Source: a virus. Taken from it: a stretch of 64,000 bases of DNA. Every line of letters starts with the position of its first letter. Within the stretch, counting starts at the first letter, position 1. Positions 39,941 to 50,604 of this stretch are shown piece by piece. Location of the stretch: the IMG/VR virus record IMGVR_UViG_3300046692_000072, positions 13,722-77,721 of that record. One strand, given 5' to 3'. Under the pieces are notes generated by a model that saw only the letters and a program-made list of their open reading frames with translations, searched no databases and was not told the DNA's origin. The position numbers and the translations under genes are program-made.

Positions 39941-41149
39941 ATGCAACTCTTCAGCGGTGTCGAGTACTTGCAGATTGATATTGCCAACAACTTCGGACTC
40001 GACAAAAAGGATTGGGACATTCGTCTCAACTGGTTCAAGGACAATGAAGATAAACTTCTCTCACTGGTTCAGCAAGCTGAAGAGCCCGCATTGTATTATG
40101 CTGGCGTCAAAGCCTGGAATGACCATCTTGCAGGAAAGAATTGTCACTATCCGATCTCACTCGACGCAACCTCGTCTGGACTACAAATCTTGGCTTGCCT
40201 CACAGGCGATAGGAAAGCGTCTCAGATATGCAACGTGGTTGATACCGGAAAGCGAGAAGACGCTTATACGGCGATCTATGAGGCGATGCTCTCCTGCACA
40301 GGAGGCGAAAACAAGATCGAGCGTAAGCAGACCAAGCAGGCGGTAATGACCTCGCTCTACGGGTCAGAAGCTGTGCCTAAGTCTGTGTTTGGTGAGGGAG
40401 CTCTCTTAGCTCTCTTTGAACAAACCATGGACGATCAAGCCCCTGGTGCATGGGAACTTAACAAGCAGATGCTTGCTCTGTGGAATCCAGAAGCCTATGA
40501 TTATCATTGGGTTATGCCTGATAACTTCAATGTTCACATTAAGGTTATGCAGATGACTTCTGAAAATGTCCATTTCCTGGACAAGCCTTATGAAGTCAGC
40601 TATGCCGTCAATGCTCCTATGGAGCGAGGTCGGTCTCTCGGTGCTAACATGACGCATTCCATTGATGGAATGATCGTGCGAGAGATGACACGTCGCTGCA
40701 TGTACAACCTCGAAAAGGTTCTATACATCAGAGACATCCTCTGCGATCCCTCAACCAAAACCTTCACACATGGAGCCAAGGATGAGAATGCGAAAATGGT
40801 CATGGCGCTTTGGAGTCACTATCAGGCGTCTGGGTTCCTTAGTGCTAGGATCCTTGACCATCTTACTCTGGATACTATTCCTCTTGTCGATAGGATGGTT
40901 ATTCTGGACCTTATTCAATCACTTCCTCGGAGACCCTTTCAGGTCATCGCGGTACATGATTGTTTCAGATGCCTACCTAACTACGGAAATGATCTCAGAA
41001 AACAGTACAATATACTGCTCTCTGGAATCGCCAAATCCCGACTACTCTCCCACCTGCTTACGCAGATCACCGGGAGAAAGATGGAAGTTGGCAAGCTCGA
41101 CCATGGGCTCTGGGTTGATGTGCTCAATACCAACTACGCCCTCTCCTAA
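39941..41149 (+). CDS. RNA polymerase II subunit 2 (N4 gp16-like)
   Basis: LDATSSGLQ, RKQTKQAVMTSLYGS, ANMTHSIDG, VHDCF motifs of T7-type RNAP. Confidence 0.95.
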   Translation: MQLFSGVEYLQIDIANNFGLDKKDWDIRLNWFKDNEDKLLSLVQQAEEPALYYAGVKAWNDHLAGKNCHYPISLDATSSGLQILACLTGDRKASQICNVVDTGKREDAYTAIYEAMLSCTGGENKIERKQTKQAVMTSLYGSEAVPKSVFGEGALLALFEQTMDDQAPGAWELNKQMLALWNPEAYDYHWVMPDNFNVHIKVMQMTSENVHFLDKPYEVSYAVNAPMERGRSLGANMTHSIDGMIVREMTRRCMYNLEKVLYIRDILCDPSTKTFTHGAKDENAKMVMALWSHYQASGFLSARILDHLTLDTIPLVDRMVILDLIQSLPRRPFQVIAVHDCFRCLPNYGNDLRKQYNILLSGIAKSRLLSHLLTQITGRKMEVGKLDHGLWVDVLNTNYALS

Positions 41150-41175
41150 ACAGTGCTAACTCAGTGCTTACACAG

Positions 41176-41207
41176 TAACCCCTCCCTAGCGGAGGGGTTA
41201 TTTTTTT
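41176..41207 (+). terminator. Terminator after RNAP subunit 2
   Basis: TAACCCCTCC-CTAGC-GGAGGGGTTA-T7. Confidence 0.85.
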
Positions 41208-41249
41208 GTTATAGACCACCTAGTTAAACCACCTAGCTAGGAAGAACTA

Positions 41250-44200
41250 ATGAGCATTTTGAGAGTATTTTATAATCCTGGAACCAAGAGTGTGAGGATT
41301 AGGGAACAAGGTCTTGCTGATCTTGCTGCTCCATATGTACTCGCGGGATCTTTCGAACATGGTGGTAGCAATGATCCAGAAGGCTGGGATCATAACCACG
41401 TCATGTATCACCATGTCAGAGATGCTCTGTACAAGGTTGGTGTTCAGGACATGAACTCGGTCCATATTCTGTCCATTCTCTATGTTGGACAGAAGGCTAT
41501 CACCTATAGTGATAGTGGTGAGATCGCTGAGAACACTCCTGTTGGTACTATTGTATCGACACTCTCTGTCCTCAATGGCTCTGGATCCTACATCTTCACA
41601 GAACTGTCAGATACTGATGGCAAGTTCGTAATTGAAGGTTCCAACATCAAGCTTGCTGCTGCATTGGATTATGAGACTAAGACTTCTCATACTATCGATG
41701 TGCAGGCTGATGGTGTCGGTGGTCCTCTTACTCGTTCGCATGTATTTAACGTAAGCAACGAGAATGACCCAATTATCAACATCTCTGCTGTCAACATTGT
41801 TGAGTCTGCCACTGTAGGTACTACGGTAGGCGTTCTCTCTATTACCAATGGTTCAGGTTCTTATACCTTCACCAAGATTGCTGACCCAGATAGCAAGTTC
41901 GTTATCTCTGGTAACAACCTCAATCTGGCTGCTGCTATCGACTATGAGACCAAAGCTTTCCACAGCGTCACTGTTCAAGCTGCTGGTACTGGTGGACCGG
42001 TCACGAGAACGATCAACATCAACGTCAGCAATGCTGTTGAAGGTACGCTTGCACCTACGACTGCCTCTATCACTGATGAGATTGCTGATGGCGCTACCGT
42101 CTTTACCGTTACCGGTTTTGACGTTGGAGCCAATGAGGTAATCTCCAGCATTTCGCCAAATGATGGTCGATTCGCTATTGCCTCTGGTAACAGGATCGTC
42201 AAGGGTCTCAGCGCTGTGTCGGCAGGTACTGTAGCTCTTACGCTTACGATGTCTACTGGTCGTACCCTTACGAACAACATCACCATCACGACTACCTCGC
42301 TCCCTGACTACACTTTCCAAGCAGAAACCGATGCACTTCAAGTGTCTCGTACTGCTGCTGGTATCCCCATGACTCGTCGTCAGAAGCTTGCTTTTGACCG
42401 TATGGTGGTACGTGTTAAGGCTGCTGGTGTTAGCGTTGCTGATTGGGCTGCTCTTTATGTCCCATCTACACCTACGGAAGTACAAGCTCGTGTTAACCAG
42501 ATTCACCCTGGAACCAACGATCTGGTACCCGTAACTACCGTTCCCACTTACACTGCCAACGATAAGTGGAGTGCTTTCGGTACGCCTAAATACAATACCG
42601 GTATTGGTCTCCAGAGCTTTGCTCAGGGGCAGTTCACCATCTTCTTCTACTCACGCACCACTGCGGGTGCCTCGGGTGGTGACTTTGGTGCTCAGACCGC
42701 TGGTGGTGATGGTATTGCTGCTAACACCCGTGACGCTTCGAACAAGTTCAATGCCCGTCTTCAGGGTACAAACTATGCATCAGTAGGTACTACCTTCACC
42801 CCTGGTCAGGGTATGTACTCCATCCGTCCTAACAAGCTGGATACCTTTGGTATCAAGCGTGAAGACACCTCCACTACCTATGTTGCTCCAGCAACCAATC
42901 CAACAATCCACCTTGGTGGTATTAATGGTGGTGCCTCAGCAGGCAAGGATTGCGGTCTCTTTGCAATCTTCAAGGTCACCTTGACTGATGCTCAGAATCG
43001 GGAAGTCAGTGCTGCTCTGCTCGACTACTACTACAAAGTTCGCTTTGGTATGGTCGATTACTACGAAGCTGGTAAAGCCCCAACCACTGCCGATTACGAT
43101 GTCGTGGTCTATGGTGCTAGCTGGACTGCTGTCTGTGCTGCTTATGCTGCCAAGCAGGAAGGCAAGAGCGTCTGCATCGTCTGTGATGAGCACGCTAAGA
43201 CGGACTGGGATATCGGTGGTATGCCTGCATCCGGTCTTGCCTATGTGGACTGCTACAACTACACGGCAATGAAGGGTCTCTATCGAGATCTGACCCAGTG
43301 GGTAAACACCACGATCATCAACCGTGCAGATACGAACAACCAAGCAGGTAACTCTGTTGAAAGCTGGCAGTTCTGCCAAGCTGTTCGTCGTATGCTAGAT
43401 CCAGCACGAACCAATGGTACTCTGATCTTTGGTCAGGATATCCCTGTCTACTTCTCTACCGGTATTCAGTCCATTACCTCGGTAGGTACGAAAGACACTG
43501 CTCTCCATACTAAGGATGGCAGAACCTTTACCGGTAAGGTCTTTGTATCCGCTGACTATGATGGCGAATACAACCACATGTCCACTGGTATTCCTACCAT
43601 CACTGGTATCGAAGCTGCTGGATCTGGTTCTGAAGCCAACAACGGTTACAAGGGCTCCGGCTCCATGAGCAAGCCCTATGGTTCAGACATCAGCCCTTAC
43701 ATCACTGAAGGTAACTCTGGATCTGGTCTTCTCCCTGATATTCAGGGTGAAATGCCTCTTCCTGGTTTGACCATTGGTAATGCCATCACTGCTCTTGAGA
43801 GCATGAACTATCGTCTCGCCATGACGACTGATCCTGCTCGTGTGGTTCCAGTTACCACTATGGATCCACATCGTAACTATAATGCTCTACGTTATGAGAC
43901 TGCCGGTCGTGCCTATGTCCTCAATCCAAGTGCACAGATTAGCAACCTGTCCGGTACCCAAACTCTGCTGCAATTTGCAGTCGGTGGCACATCGAACAAG
44001 ATCGATGTGAACAACGGTTCGGGCGGTCTGTCTACTGACCTTCCTGGTTCTGGTTATCGTTATGCCACGGCAGCGGATTCTGCTGCTCGTAAGGCAGTTA
44101 TCGATGACCTCCGGGATTATCAGCTTGGTTGGTTCTGGTGGCACAACAACTCGGGGGATTCTCGTATTCCTTCCTCGTTGCGTACCTCCATGCTAGCTCT

Positions 44201-44750
44201 TGGACTTGATGCAGGTACTTTCCTGGATCCAGGTCCAGATGGTCTCCTGTTCTGGCCTAACCGTCCGTATCAGCGTGATCCTGTCTGGCGCCTCAAAAAC
44301 ACTGGTTACGTCTCGACTGCACAGGATTATTGCAAGACGGATGGTACGTCGCTTCGGTCTGACAAGACCATTGCTGCAACCTCCTATGACTGCGATAAGC
44401 ATCCTGAATGGAAGGTAGCCTCTGGCGGACTTCTCTACACTCAGGGTTCTGTTCCAGGTGGTCTCCAAGCTGGTGTTGACCGTATGGCTCCAATTCCTTT
44501 GGAAGAGATTGTCCCTGACGTTGGTGTCAAGACGAACGTTATCGTTCCTTGGGCTTCGTCCTGCACGATTCTCTGCTGGTACATGAGCCGTCTTGAGCCA
44601 ACTGGTGGTCATAAGGGTGAAGCAGCAGGCGTCATTGCCTCTATGGCAATTGACGGAAACATCGAAGTGCAGAACGTAGACTACACTTCCCTGCGTACTA
44701 AGTTGCTGGCAAGAGATGTGAACCACCCTTACCTGCCACAGGTCGCATAA
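41250..44750 (+). CDS. 1166-aa multidomain protein: putative capsid-anchor N-domain, cadherin-like repeats, LamG-like domain, FAD-dependent oxidoreductase domain
   Basis: EN.PVGT / LDYETK / NEND cadherin motifs twice; DVVVYGASWTAVCAAYAA..EGKSV, IGGM.ASGL, F.GKVFVSADYDGE, RLEP….GEAAG..A..A, VQ.VDY..LR..L motifs. Confidence 0.75.
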   Translation: MSILRVFYNPGTKSVRIREQGLADLAAPYVLAGSFEHGGSNDPEGWDHNHVMYHHVRDALYKVGVQDMNSVHILSILYVGQKAITYSDSGEIAENTPVGTIVSTLSVLNGSGSYIFTELSDTDGKFVIEGSNIKLAAALDYETKTSHTIDVQADGVGGPLTRSHVFNVSNENDPIINISAVNIVESATVGTTVGVLSITNGSGSYTFTKIADPDSKFVISGNNLNLAAAIDYETKAFHSVTVQAAGTGGPVTRTININVSNAVEGTLAPTTASITDEIADGATVFTVTGFDVGANEVISSISPNDGRFAIASGNRIVKGLSAVSAGTVALTLTMSTGRTLTNNITITTTSLPDYTFQAETDALQVSRTAAGIPMTRRQKLAFDRMVVRVKAAGVSVADWAALYVPSTPTEVQARVNQIHPGTNDLVPVTTVPTYTANDKWSAFGTPKYNTGIGLQSFAQGQFTIFFYSRTTAGASGGDFGAQTAGGDGIAANTRDASNKFNARLQGTNYASVGTTFTPGQGMYSIRPNKLDTFGIKREDTSTTYVAPATNPTIHLGGINGGASAGKDCGLFAIFKVTLTDAQNREVSAALLDYYYKVRFGMVDYYEAGKAPTTADYDVVVYGASWTAVCAAYAAKQEGKSVCIVCDEHAKTDWDIGGMPASGLAYVDCYNYTAMKGLYRDLTQWVNTTIINRADTNNQAGNSVESWQFCQAVRRMLDPARTNGTLIFGQDIPVYFSTGIQSITSVGTKDTALHTKDGRTFTGKVFVSADYDGEYNHMSTGIPTITGIEAAGSGSEANNGYKGSGSMSKPYGSDISPYITEGNSGSGLLPDIQGEMPLPGLTIGNAITALESMNYRLAMTTDPARVVPVTTMDPHRNYNALRYETAGRAYVLNPSAQISNLSGTQTLLQFAVGGTSNKIDVNNGSGGLSTDLPGSGYRYATAADSAARKAVIDDLRDYQLGWFWWHNNSGDSRIPSSLRTSMLALGLDAGTFLDPGPDGLLFWPNRPYQRDPVWRLKNTGYVSTAQDYCKTDGTSLRSDKTIAATSYDCDKHPEWKVASGGLLYTQGSVPGGLQAGVDRMAPIPLEEIVPDVGVKTNVIVPWASSCTILCWYMSRLEPTGGHKGEAAGVIASMAIDGNIEVQNVDYTSLRTKLLARDVNHPYLPQVA

Positions 44751-44782
44751 CACTTTAAACCAAAGTGTTTTCAATATATAAG

Positions 44783-44810
44783 GAGCGGGCTAGCCCCGCT
44801 CTTTTCTTTT
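44783..44810 (+). terminator. Intrinsic terminator
   Basis: GAGCGGG-CTAGC-CCCGCTC-TTTTCTTTT. Confidence 0.8.
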
Positions 44811-44822
44811 ATGAGGATCCTT

Positions 44823-45329
44823 ATGACTACTTATCAATGTGCCTTTAAGGCAACCGGTAACACTGCTGTTGTTACCATGCAGCGTGCTGCTGACACTCTT
44901 CCTGCTGGTGCAACTGATATCGGTGACGTTATTCATGACGTAGAGCCTGACAATCTGTCTGGTCAGACGACTTTCAATGACTCTCACGTCCTTTATCAGC
45001 ATGTTCAGGAACTCTGCTACAAGCATGGTTGGACGGACATGGCAAACGTCACCATCAATTGGGATGTTGTCGGTGTTGAGATTACCAATGGTGCAACTGG
45101 CACAGTTACTGCTGCCGCTGGTGCTAACCATACTCTACAGCTTTATGCTCGTACTCTTCCTGAGGAAGCTACGTCTGAGGATATCGTCTGGACGAGTGGT
45201 ACCCCTGCCAAGGCAACTGTCAACTCGACCGGTCTTGTGACTGGTGTTGCTGCTGGTAGCACTGTTATCACTGCGAAATCTAGTGTAGATAATGCTGCAC
45301 TCGATACGATCACGATTACTGTTACGTAA
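44823..45329 (+). CDS. Capsid decoration-like protein with C-terminal Big_2 Ig domain (N4 gp17-like position)
   Basis: LQL.A…PEEAT…IVWTS.TP..ATV..TGLVTGVAAGS.VITA motif; GAGG SD. Confidence 0.75.
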   Translation: MTTYQCAFKATGNTAVVTMQRAADTLPAGATDIGDVIHDVEPDNLSGQTTFNDSHVLYQHVQELCYKHGWTDMANVTINWDVVGVEITNGATGTVTAAAGANHTLQLYARTLPEEATSEDIVWTSGTPAKATVNSTGLVTGVAAGSTVITAKSSVDNAALDTITITVT

Positions 45330-45340
45330 GGATTTTTATC

Positions 45341-45730
45341 ATGGATGCTGACAAGATGGCTCAGGATTTCCTTATGTGGAATTCCCTCAAGTTGGCTCCA
45401 TATGATCCCAAAATTAATCACCCCCAGGATGTAGGTCTTGGGGGTCCATCCACCGAGTACACCGCTACGGTAGATACTCCTCAAGGGACGTTTAAAAACA
45501 TCCCTCAGCTTTGGTGGCAGCGCAATGGTAAACCTCTCCTCGTCCCTGAGGAGACCGCTAGAGGGCTTGCTAGCCTCACAGAGCGGGTTACCGGTAGATC
45601 CTTCCCAGAATACACGACACCTGATGAAGCCGACCTAGAGGCTTCTGAGAGATCCAAGGCAGGTGGTGCTGAAAAGCAATCCTTGATGGATTATGCGGAT
45701 GAAATCCGCAAATACGGACCCAGGTACTAA
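45341..45730 (+). CDS. Hypothetical protein
   Basis: 129-aa ORF, AAGGA SD. Confidence 0.7.
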   Translation: MDADKMAQDFLMWNSLKLAPYDPKINHPQDVGLGGPSTEYTATVDTPQGTFKNIPQLWWQRNGKPLLVPEETARGLASLTERVTGRSFPEYTTPDEADLEASERSKAGGAEKQSLMDYADEIRKYGPRY

Positions 45731-45790
45731 AATACACATTCCCATCATTCATTTTCTTGGTTTAATGGTCTTGAGCCAAGGAGAGAAAAG

Positions 45791-46054
45791 ATGTTCAGTT
45801 ACACCGCGAAGCCTCGGCAGGTAGAGGCATGGCAATATTTCAGGGACGTAGGCACTGATACCGCTTGCATCCCTCGTTGGGCTATCCAGATGGCACTGGA
45901 TGGAAATATCCATACCCATGGCAAAATCGATTACCTGATCAATGGTGCAGAAAGTACCATACTCGAATCTGGGGATTGGATCGTGAAAGATGGGGAAAAC
46001 TATACCCATTTCACTAACGACATGTTCCATGAGTGGTATATCCCCACTGTTTAA
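45791..46054 (+). CDS. Hypothetical protein, distant relative of 22850-23164
   Basis: KP..VEAWQ…GDWIVK…F…Y pattern. Confidence 0.65.
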   Translation: MFSYTAKPRQVEAWQYFRDVGTDTACIPRWAIQMALDGNIHTHGKIDYLINGAESTILESGDWIVKDGENYTHFTNDMFHEWYIPTV

Positions 46055-46265
46055 ATCTAGACCGGCATGAGCTCGGGTCACATCGGTAGGGGAAGGAGTC
46101 GAGGGGTCAGATCCCTTTAGCGTTGATAAGGAAGAAGGATCTCCTTGGAGCTACTCTGCGCCTCTCCATCGGCAAGAGCGATGTTTACATCAATGGTCTA
46201 GTGGGGGAGGGGTCGTTCCCCTCCCTACTCAATTCAACGACGACAAACACTAACAAGGACAGAAA

Positions 46266-47306
46266 ATGAGTAACGCGAATGCAGTCAGTCCCTTGAGGGC
46301 TATGCCTCTTATTAAAATGACCCTGAAGGCTCGTAAGGTTCCTTACCTGAAGTCCTCACCAGGGATTGGTAAGTCCGCTATGGCAGCAGAGCTTGCCCAG
46401 GAATTCAATCTTAAGCTGATCGACCATCGTATCAGCACCTCTGCTCCGACCGATCTGACAGGCTTGCCTGAGATCCAGAATGGAAGGTCTAGCTTTAATC
46501 CCTTCGACTTCTTCCCCATTAAGGGGAAAGATGAACCAGTGAAGGGTACGAATGGGTGGCTCCTGTTCCTGGATGAGTTCAACTCTGGCTCCAAAGCAGT
46601 TCTGGCAGCAGCGTACAAGCTGGTGCTGGATAAGAAGGTTGGTCAGTATGACCTCCATCCTAATGTAGCAGTCATGTGTGCGGGTAACCGTGACACAGAC
46701 CGTGCTATCACCACCAACATCGGTACTGCTATGCAGTCTCGATTGACCACCTATAATATTGAACTCAACAATGATGAGTTCATCAACCATGTCATGATCA
46801 AACAAAAATGGGATGATCGTGTCATCGCCTATCTGTCCTCAGAACCAAACAAGATCAATGACTTCCGTCCTGATCACTCTGATGACACCTTTTGCTGCCC
46901 GCGTACCTGGGACAGTGTACAGGAACAGATCAAGGGTGAGAAAATCACTCGTGCACATCTGCCCCTGATTGGTGGTACTATCACCTCTGGCGTAGCTGCC
47001 GACTTCCTGACCTTCCTTGATGTCTATCAGGATATGCCGAAATTTGAGGACGTTCTTCGTGAACCAAACTCATACCCGCTTCCGACAAATCCTCAGCTCA
47101 AGTGGGCAGTAGTTTCCAGCTTCTCCCAGAAGACAAACAAGAAGAATTTCAATCAGATCGCTACCTATATTGGTCGATTTGATATGACCTTCCAGGTTCT
47201 GTTCTTCCGTATGACACTTCCCAGCAACCCTGAACTGCGTGAGCTTCCCGAGTTCGGACCCATCGCAGTCAAATTTGCAAAGTATATGTTCGATGCAGTT
47301 AGCTGA
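46266..47306 (+). CDS. MoxR-like AAA+ ATPase (N4 gp24-like)
   Basis: SSPGIGKS Walker A, LLFLDEFN Walker B, AGNR, CPRTW. Confidence 0.9.
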   Translation: MSNANAVSPLRAMPLIKMTLKARKVPYLKSSPGIGKSAMAAELAQEFNLKLIDHRISTSAPTDLTGLPEIQNGRSSFNPFDFFPIKGKDEPVKGTNGWLLFLDEFNSGSKAVLAAAYKLVLDKKVGQYDLHPNVAVMCAGNRDTDRAITTNIGTAMQSRLTTYNIELNNDEFINHVMIKQKWDDRVIAYLSSEPNKINDFRPDHSDDTFCCPRTWDSVQEQIKGEKITRAHLPLIGGTITSGVAADFLTFLDVYQDMPKFEDVLREPNSYPLPTNPQLKWAVVSSFSQKTNKKNFNQIATYIGRFDMTFQVLFFRMTLPSNPELRELPEFGPIAVKFAKYMFDAVS

Positions 47307-48516
47307 AGCTATTCCTGAAGAGGAAGACTACGAGAAACTTAATCGTCTCCTCGACCACGTAAAACGTGACATCTTCCTTTCCAAGAATAGTAAGGGAGAA
47401 GTCAAGAGGGACTTCGCTACCTTCTTTGGCTCACTCATGAGTGGGCTTACATACATTTGGGACTCCAAGAAAAAGACTGCTGCTACCAACGGTATCAACA
47501 TGTTCTGGAGCCCCAAATTCTTCCTGTCACTTCCGCATGGAACACGTCTCACAATCTTCATGCATGAGCTGTGGCACGTTGCTCGCTTGGATACGATCTA
47601 CCATTACGGTAAGGATCCAAGGAGATGGAATGCAGCTTGTGACATCTGGATCAATAATACCCTTGATGATCAGGGGTATTCTTGGGAAGGTATTCCCTTC
47701 AAGTTCTGGCTCGATCATTCCTATGATGGTTGGACTGCTGAAGACATCTATGATGATCTGAAGAAGAAGGACGATGAAGCTTGGGAAGAGTTCTGCAAGG
47801 AACATGGCATTGATCCTAATGATCCATCCACCTGGGTAGATCTCATTGAACCAAGTGACGAAGAGGATCTTGACTCCGGTCAGGTCTCTGAGGAACAGCT
47901 CAAGGTAATCGCCATTGTCCAGACTGCTGCTCAGGCAGCAAAGATGGCAGGTGAAGGTTCACCGGATGCTACTCTAGACACCATCAAACAGTTTCTTACT
48001 CCTAAGATAGCTTGGGAGAAGGAAATGATTAACATGATGGATGCTCTTATCGAAGAAGACTACTCATGGAACTGTAGGGATCGTCGTTACAACGACATAT
48101 ACCTTCCTTGGTTCGAAGAGATGGAAGGTCTTGAAGACCTCTTCTACGGTATAGATGTTTCAGGATCTATGCTCGACCCCATGGTTGTGCGTTGTACCTC
48201 TGAAGTCAAATATATCAAAGAACGCTTCAGACCTAAGACAGTCACACTCTTCCAGTTTGATGAGATCGTTCAACGTATCGATACCTGGACTGATGAGGAT
48301 GAGTTCAAAGAAGTCATCGTACAGGGTCGTGGTGGTACATCACTCCATCTGGTCGCTGACTACCTAGAAAAACATAAACCCCGTGCTGCTATCATCTTTA
48401 GCGACCTATACTGCGACAAGATGAGGAAAGTACCTGGGGTGGAAATCATTTGGGTAGTTCTCAATAACCCTCATGCCACTGTTAACCAGGGCAGGATGCT
48501 ACACATTAGGGAGTGA
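47293..48516 (+). CDS. Metallopeptidase/VWA-like protein (N4 gp25-like)
   Basis: TAATNG, HELWH, WNAACD..IN, IDVSGSM MIDAS, GRGGT. Confidence 0.88.
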   Translation: MQLAEAIPEEEDYEKLNRLLDHVKRDIFLSKNSKGEVKRDFATFFGSLMSGLTYIWDSKKKTAATNGINMFWSPKFFLSLPHGTRLTIFMHELWHVARLDTIYHYGKDPRRWNAACDIWINNTLDDQGYSWEGIPFKFWLDHSYDGWTAEDIYDDLKKKDDEAWEEFCKEHGIDPNDPSTWVDLIEPSDEEDLDSGQVSEEQLKVIAIVQTAAQAAKMAGEGSPDATLDTIKQFLTPKIAWEKEMINMMDALIEEDYSWNCRDRRYNDIYLPWFEEMEGLEDLFYGIDVSGSMLDPMVVRCTSEVKYIKERFRPKTVTLFQFDEIVQRIDTWTDEDEFKEVIVQGRGGTSLHLVADYLEKHKPRAAIIFSDLYCDKMRKVPGVEIIWVVLNNPHATVNQGRMLHIRE

Positions 48517-48876
48517 GTTATGCCATTGCCATCAGATTATGAGCGTGAACCAGATGATGCAGGAGAGCAGAGCCTCTCAGCACTGGTTCTCGGTGGAATC
48601 ACCTTTGTTGTTGGTAACACCAAAAAAGGTCAAATATATTTATCTATCCAAGGCGAAACCTCGGATAAGATTTATATGAGTACCACTGAGGCTTTGATGC
48701 TATCTCTCGCTTTTCAGCAAGCAGTAGAGGATCTCGATAATGAGTAATGAAGAAGAGATCGTATCTGCGTATCTCAACAATGATATTACTTATGACGAAG
48801 CTGTAGAACTATTGATCTACAACTGCCGTCTAACAGCAATGGAAGCTGAGAAAATTCTTGATGAGGTAACACCAGA

Positions 48877-49473
48877 ATGATCATTAATGGCGTCTACCTA
48901 AAACTGCTAAAACCCATCAAAGACATGATCTTCACCAAAGAAAGATCCCATGGCGTAAGCTATGGGCTTTCCGAGGTTGGGTATGACATTCGTGTCAAAC
49001 AAAAAATCGAATACTTTCCGCCAGATGCTGAAGAAATCCTGCATCTCATTACCAATCAAGGCAGTATCCATTTAACACATGGGTATGTTGTACAGCGAGT
49101 ACAGAAAGCAATTCATGGATACACTCGAGTCTACACATCGGAGACTAATTTCGTTGAGTCCATTGGGCGCACTGCTCTTGCTAGCAGCATCGAACAATTC
49201 AAGCTCCCCCCAGATCTCTGGGGAGAACTTAGAAACAAATCCACCCATGCAAGACGATTCTTCGACGCCACCCTTGGTACCGACATGGAACCAGGATGGG
49301 AAGGATTCCTGACCATCGAGATTATCTTTCATGGTCTGGAGCCTGTGACCATTGAGGCAGGAACTGGAATCGCCAAAGCAGTATTCCATGAGCTAAAGGA
49401 TCATGCGTACTATGACGGCAAGTACCAATCTCAAGCAGATGCGCCAGTCCCTCCGATCTTCGAACGCAGCTAG
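48877..49473 (+). CDS. dcd: dCTP deaminase
   Basis: SYGLSEVGYDIR, NKSTHAR, MEPGWEGFLTIE, YDGKYQ. Confidence 0.88.
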   Translation: MIINGVYLKLLKPIKDMIFTKERSHGVSYGLSEVGYDIRVKQKIEYFPPDAEEILHLITNQGSIHLTHGYVVQRVQKAIHGYTRVYTSETNFVESIGRTALASSIEQFKLPPDLWGELRNKSTHARRFFDATLGTDMEPGWEGFLTIEIIFHGLEPVTIEAGTGIAKAVFHELKDHAYYDGKYQSQADAPVPPIFERS

Positions 49474-49907
49474 GACAGTCCGAGTAGCTCATAGCGATAT
49501 AGGTTATCTATATCGTTATGACACTTCTTGGGTCAACAAAGATTGGCCTGGGAATTCCTATCCAATATTTCAGTGTTGGGAATACCCAATCATATCGGAA
49601 ACCTTGCACACTTACCTTATCTTCGATGGATCCAAGAAACGCAGGATCTACAAAGGTAATTCAAAAGGTTGGGCTCACAAGACGATAGTCGCTGCTAGAA
49701 CCCACTATGTTAGACGTAAGTCGAACCAATTGAACATCATCGAGCAGCAACGGGATAGCGCACTCACTGTGCTGAGAACTCTCCGTGAGGAATGGGGAGT
49801 AGGTAGTGATTGGGATCTTCCCGACACACGAACAATCAACCAAGTCTATGAAGCTGAGCTAGCAGCTCAACGCATGGAAGATCAAAGAAAAAGGACAATC
49901 GACCTCT

Positions 49908-50264
49908 ATGGTGATGGAGCTTTTAAACCATGACTTACTCAGTGCATTTTTGCTGCTGGTAGGTCTACATTTCTGGTTTGACTACCCCGGTCAAGGGGAC
50001 TTTCTTGCCTGTCAGAAAAACCCAGGATTCACACCAAGGTATATTCCTTGGTACCATGCCAACTTCGCTCATGCAGCGATCCACGGGCTCCCTGTGGGCA
50101 TTGTGACTGGATCTGTTTTATTGGGGATCTGTGAAGTGATTATTCACTTTTTCATTGACCTAGCTAAGTCGAAAGGATTCATTAATATCCACGTCGATCA
50201 AGTCCTACACATTTTGTGTAAAGCCCTTTGGGTTACTCTTATCCTTTATGGGAAAGTCTGGTAG
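49908..50264 (+). CDS. DUF3307-like membrane protein
   Basis: H…DYPGQ…K, HAAIHG, HFFID..K, DQVLH. Confidence 0.75.
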   Translation: MVMELLNHDLLSAFLLLVGLHFWFDYPGQGDFLACQKNPGFTPRYIPWYHANFAHAAIHGLPVGIVTGSVLLGICEVIIHFFIDLAKSKGFINIHVDQVLHILCKALWVTLILYGKVW

Positions 50265-50604
50265 AGCGATTGCTGTATCAGACCTACGGAGTCACCCAAT
50301 GTACTTAGGCGGCAAGACACGCAACAAGCATGACCACATTCCTTCGACTATTCGAAGAGAACATGGAACCAAGGGAAGAAAGCACCTCTTCTCCAAAGAA
50401 AATGAGGTACTGGACGATTCAGAACTTCCTATGAAGGAGCTTCTAGACAGTACCCCTAGTCCAACAGATCTCACGTTCTTCGGGACTTTTGGACAAAGAC
50501 TACGATTTGATTTCGAATACTGATTGTAGAGCCTACCCAGTTCTCTGGGTAGTTATGTGCAATCAAGCACACCCGTAACATCGGGCATATTATAAGGACA
50601 GACA

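Noticed and set aside
46030-46203. Pistol ribozyme resemblance (TAAAT…AGCGTTGAT…ATCA.GGT)
   Set aside because: The required pseudoknot pairing is absent and the spacing is too long
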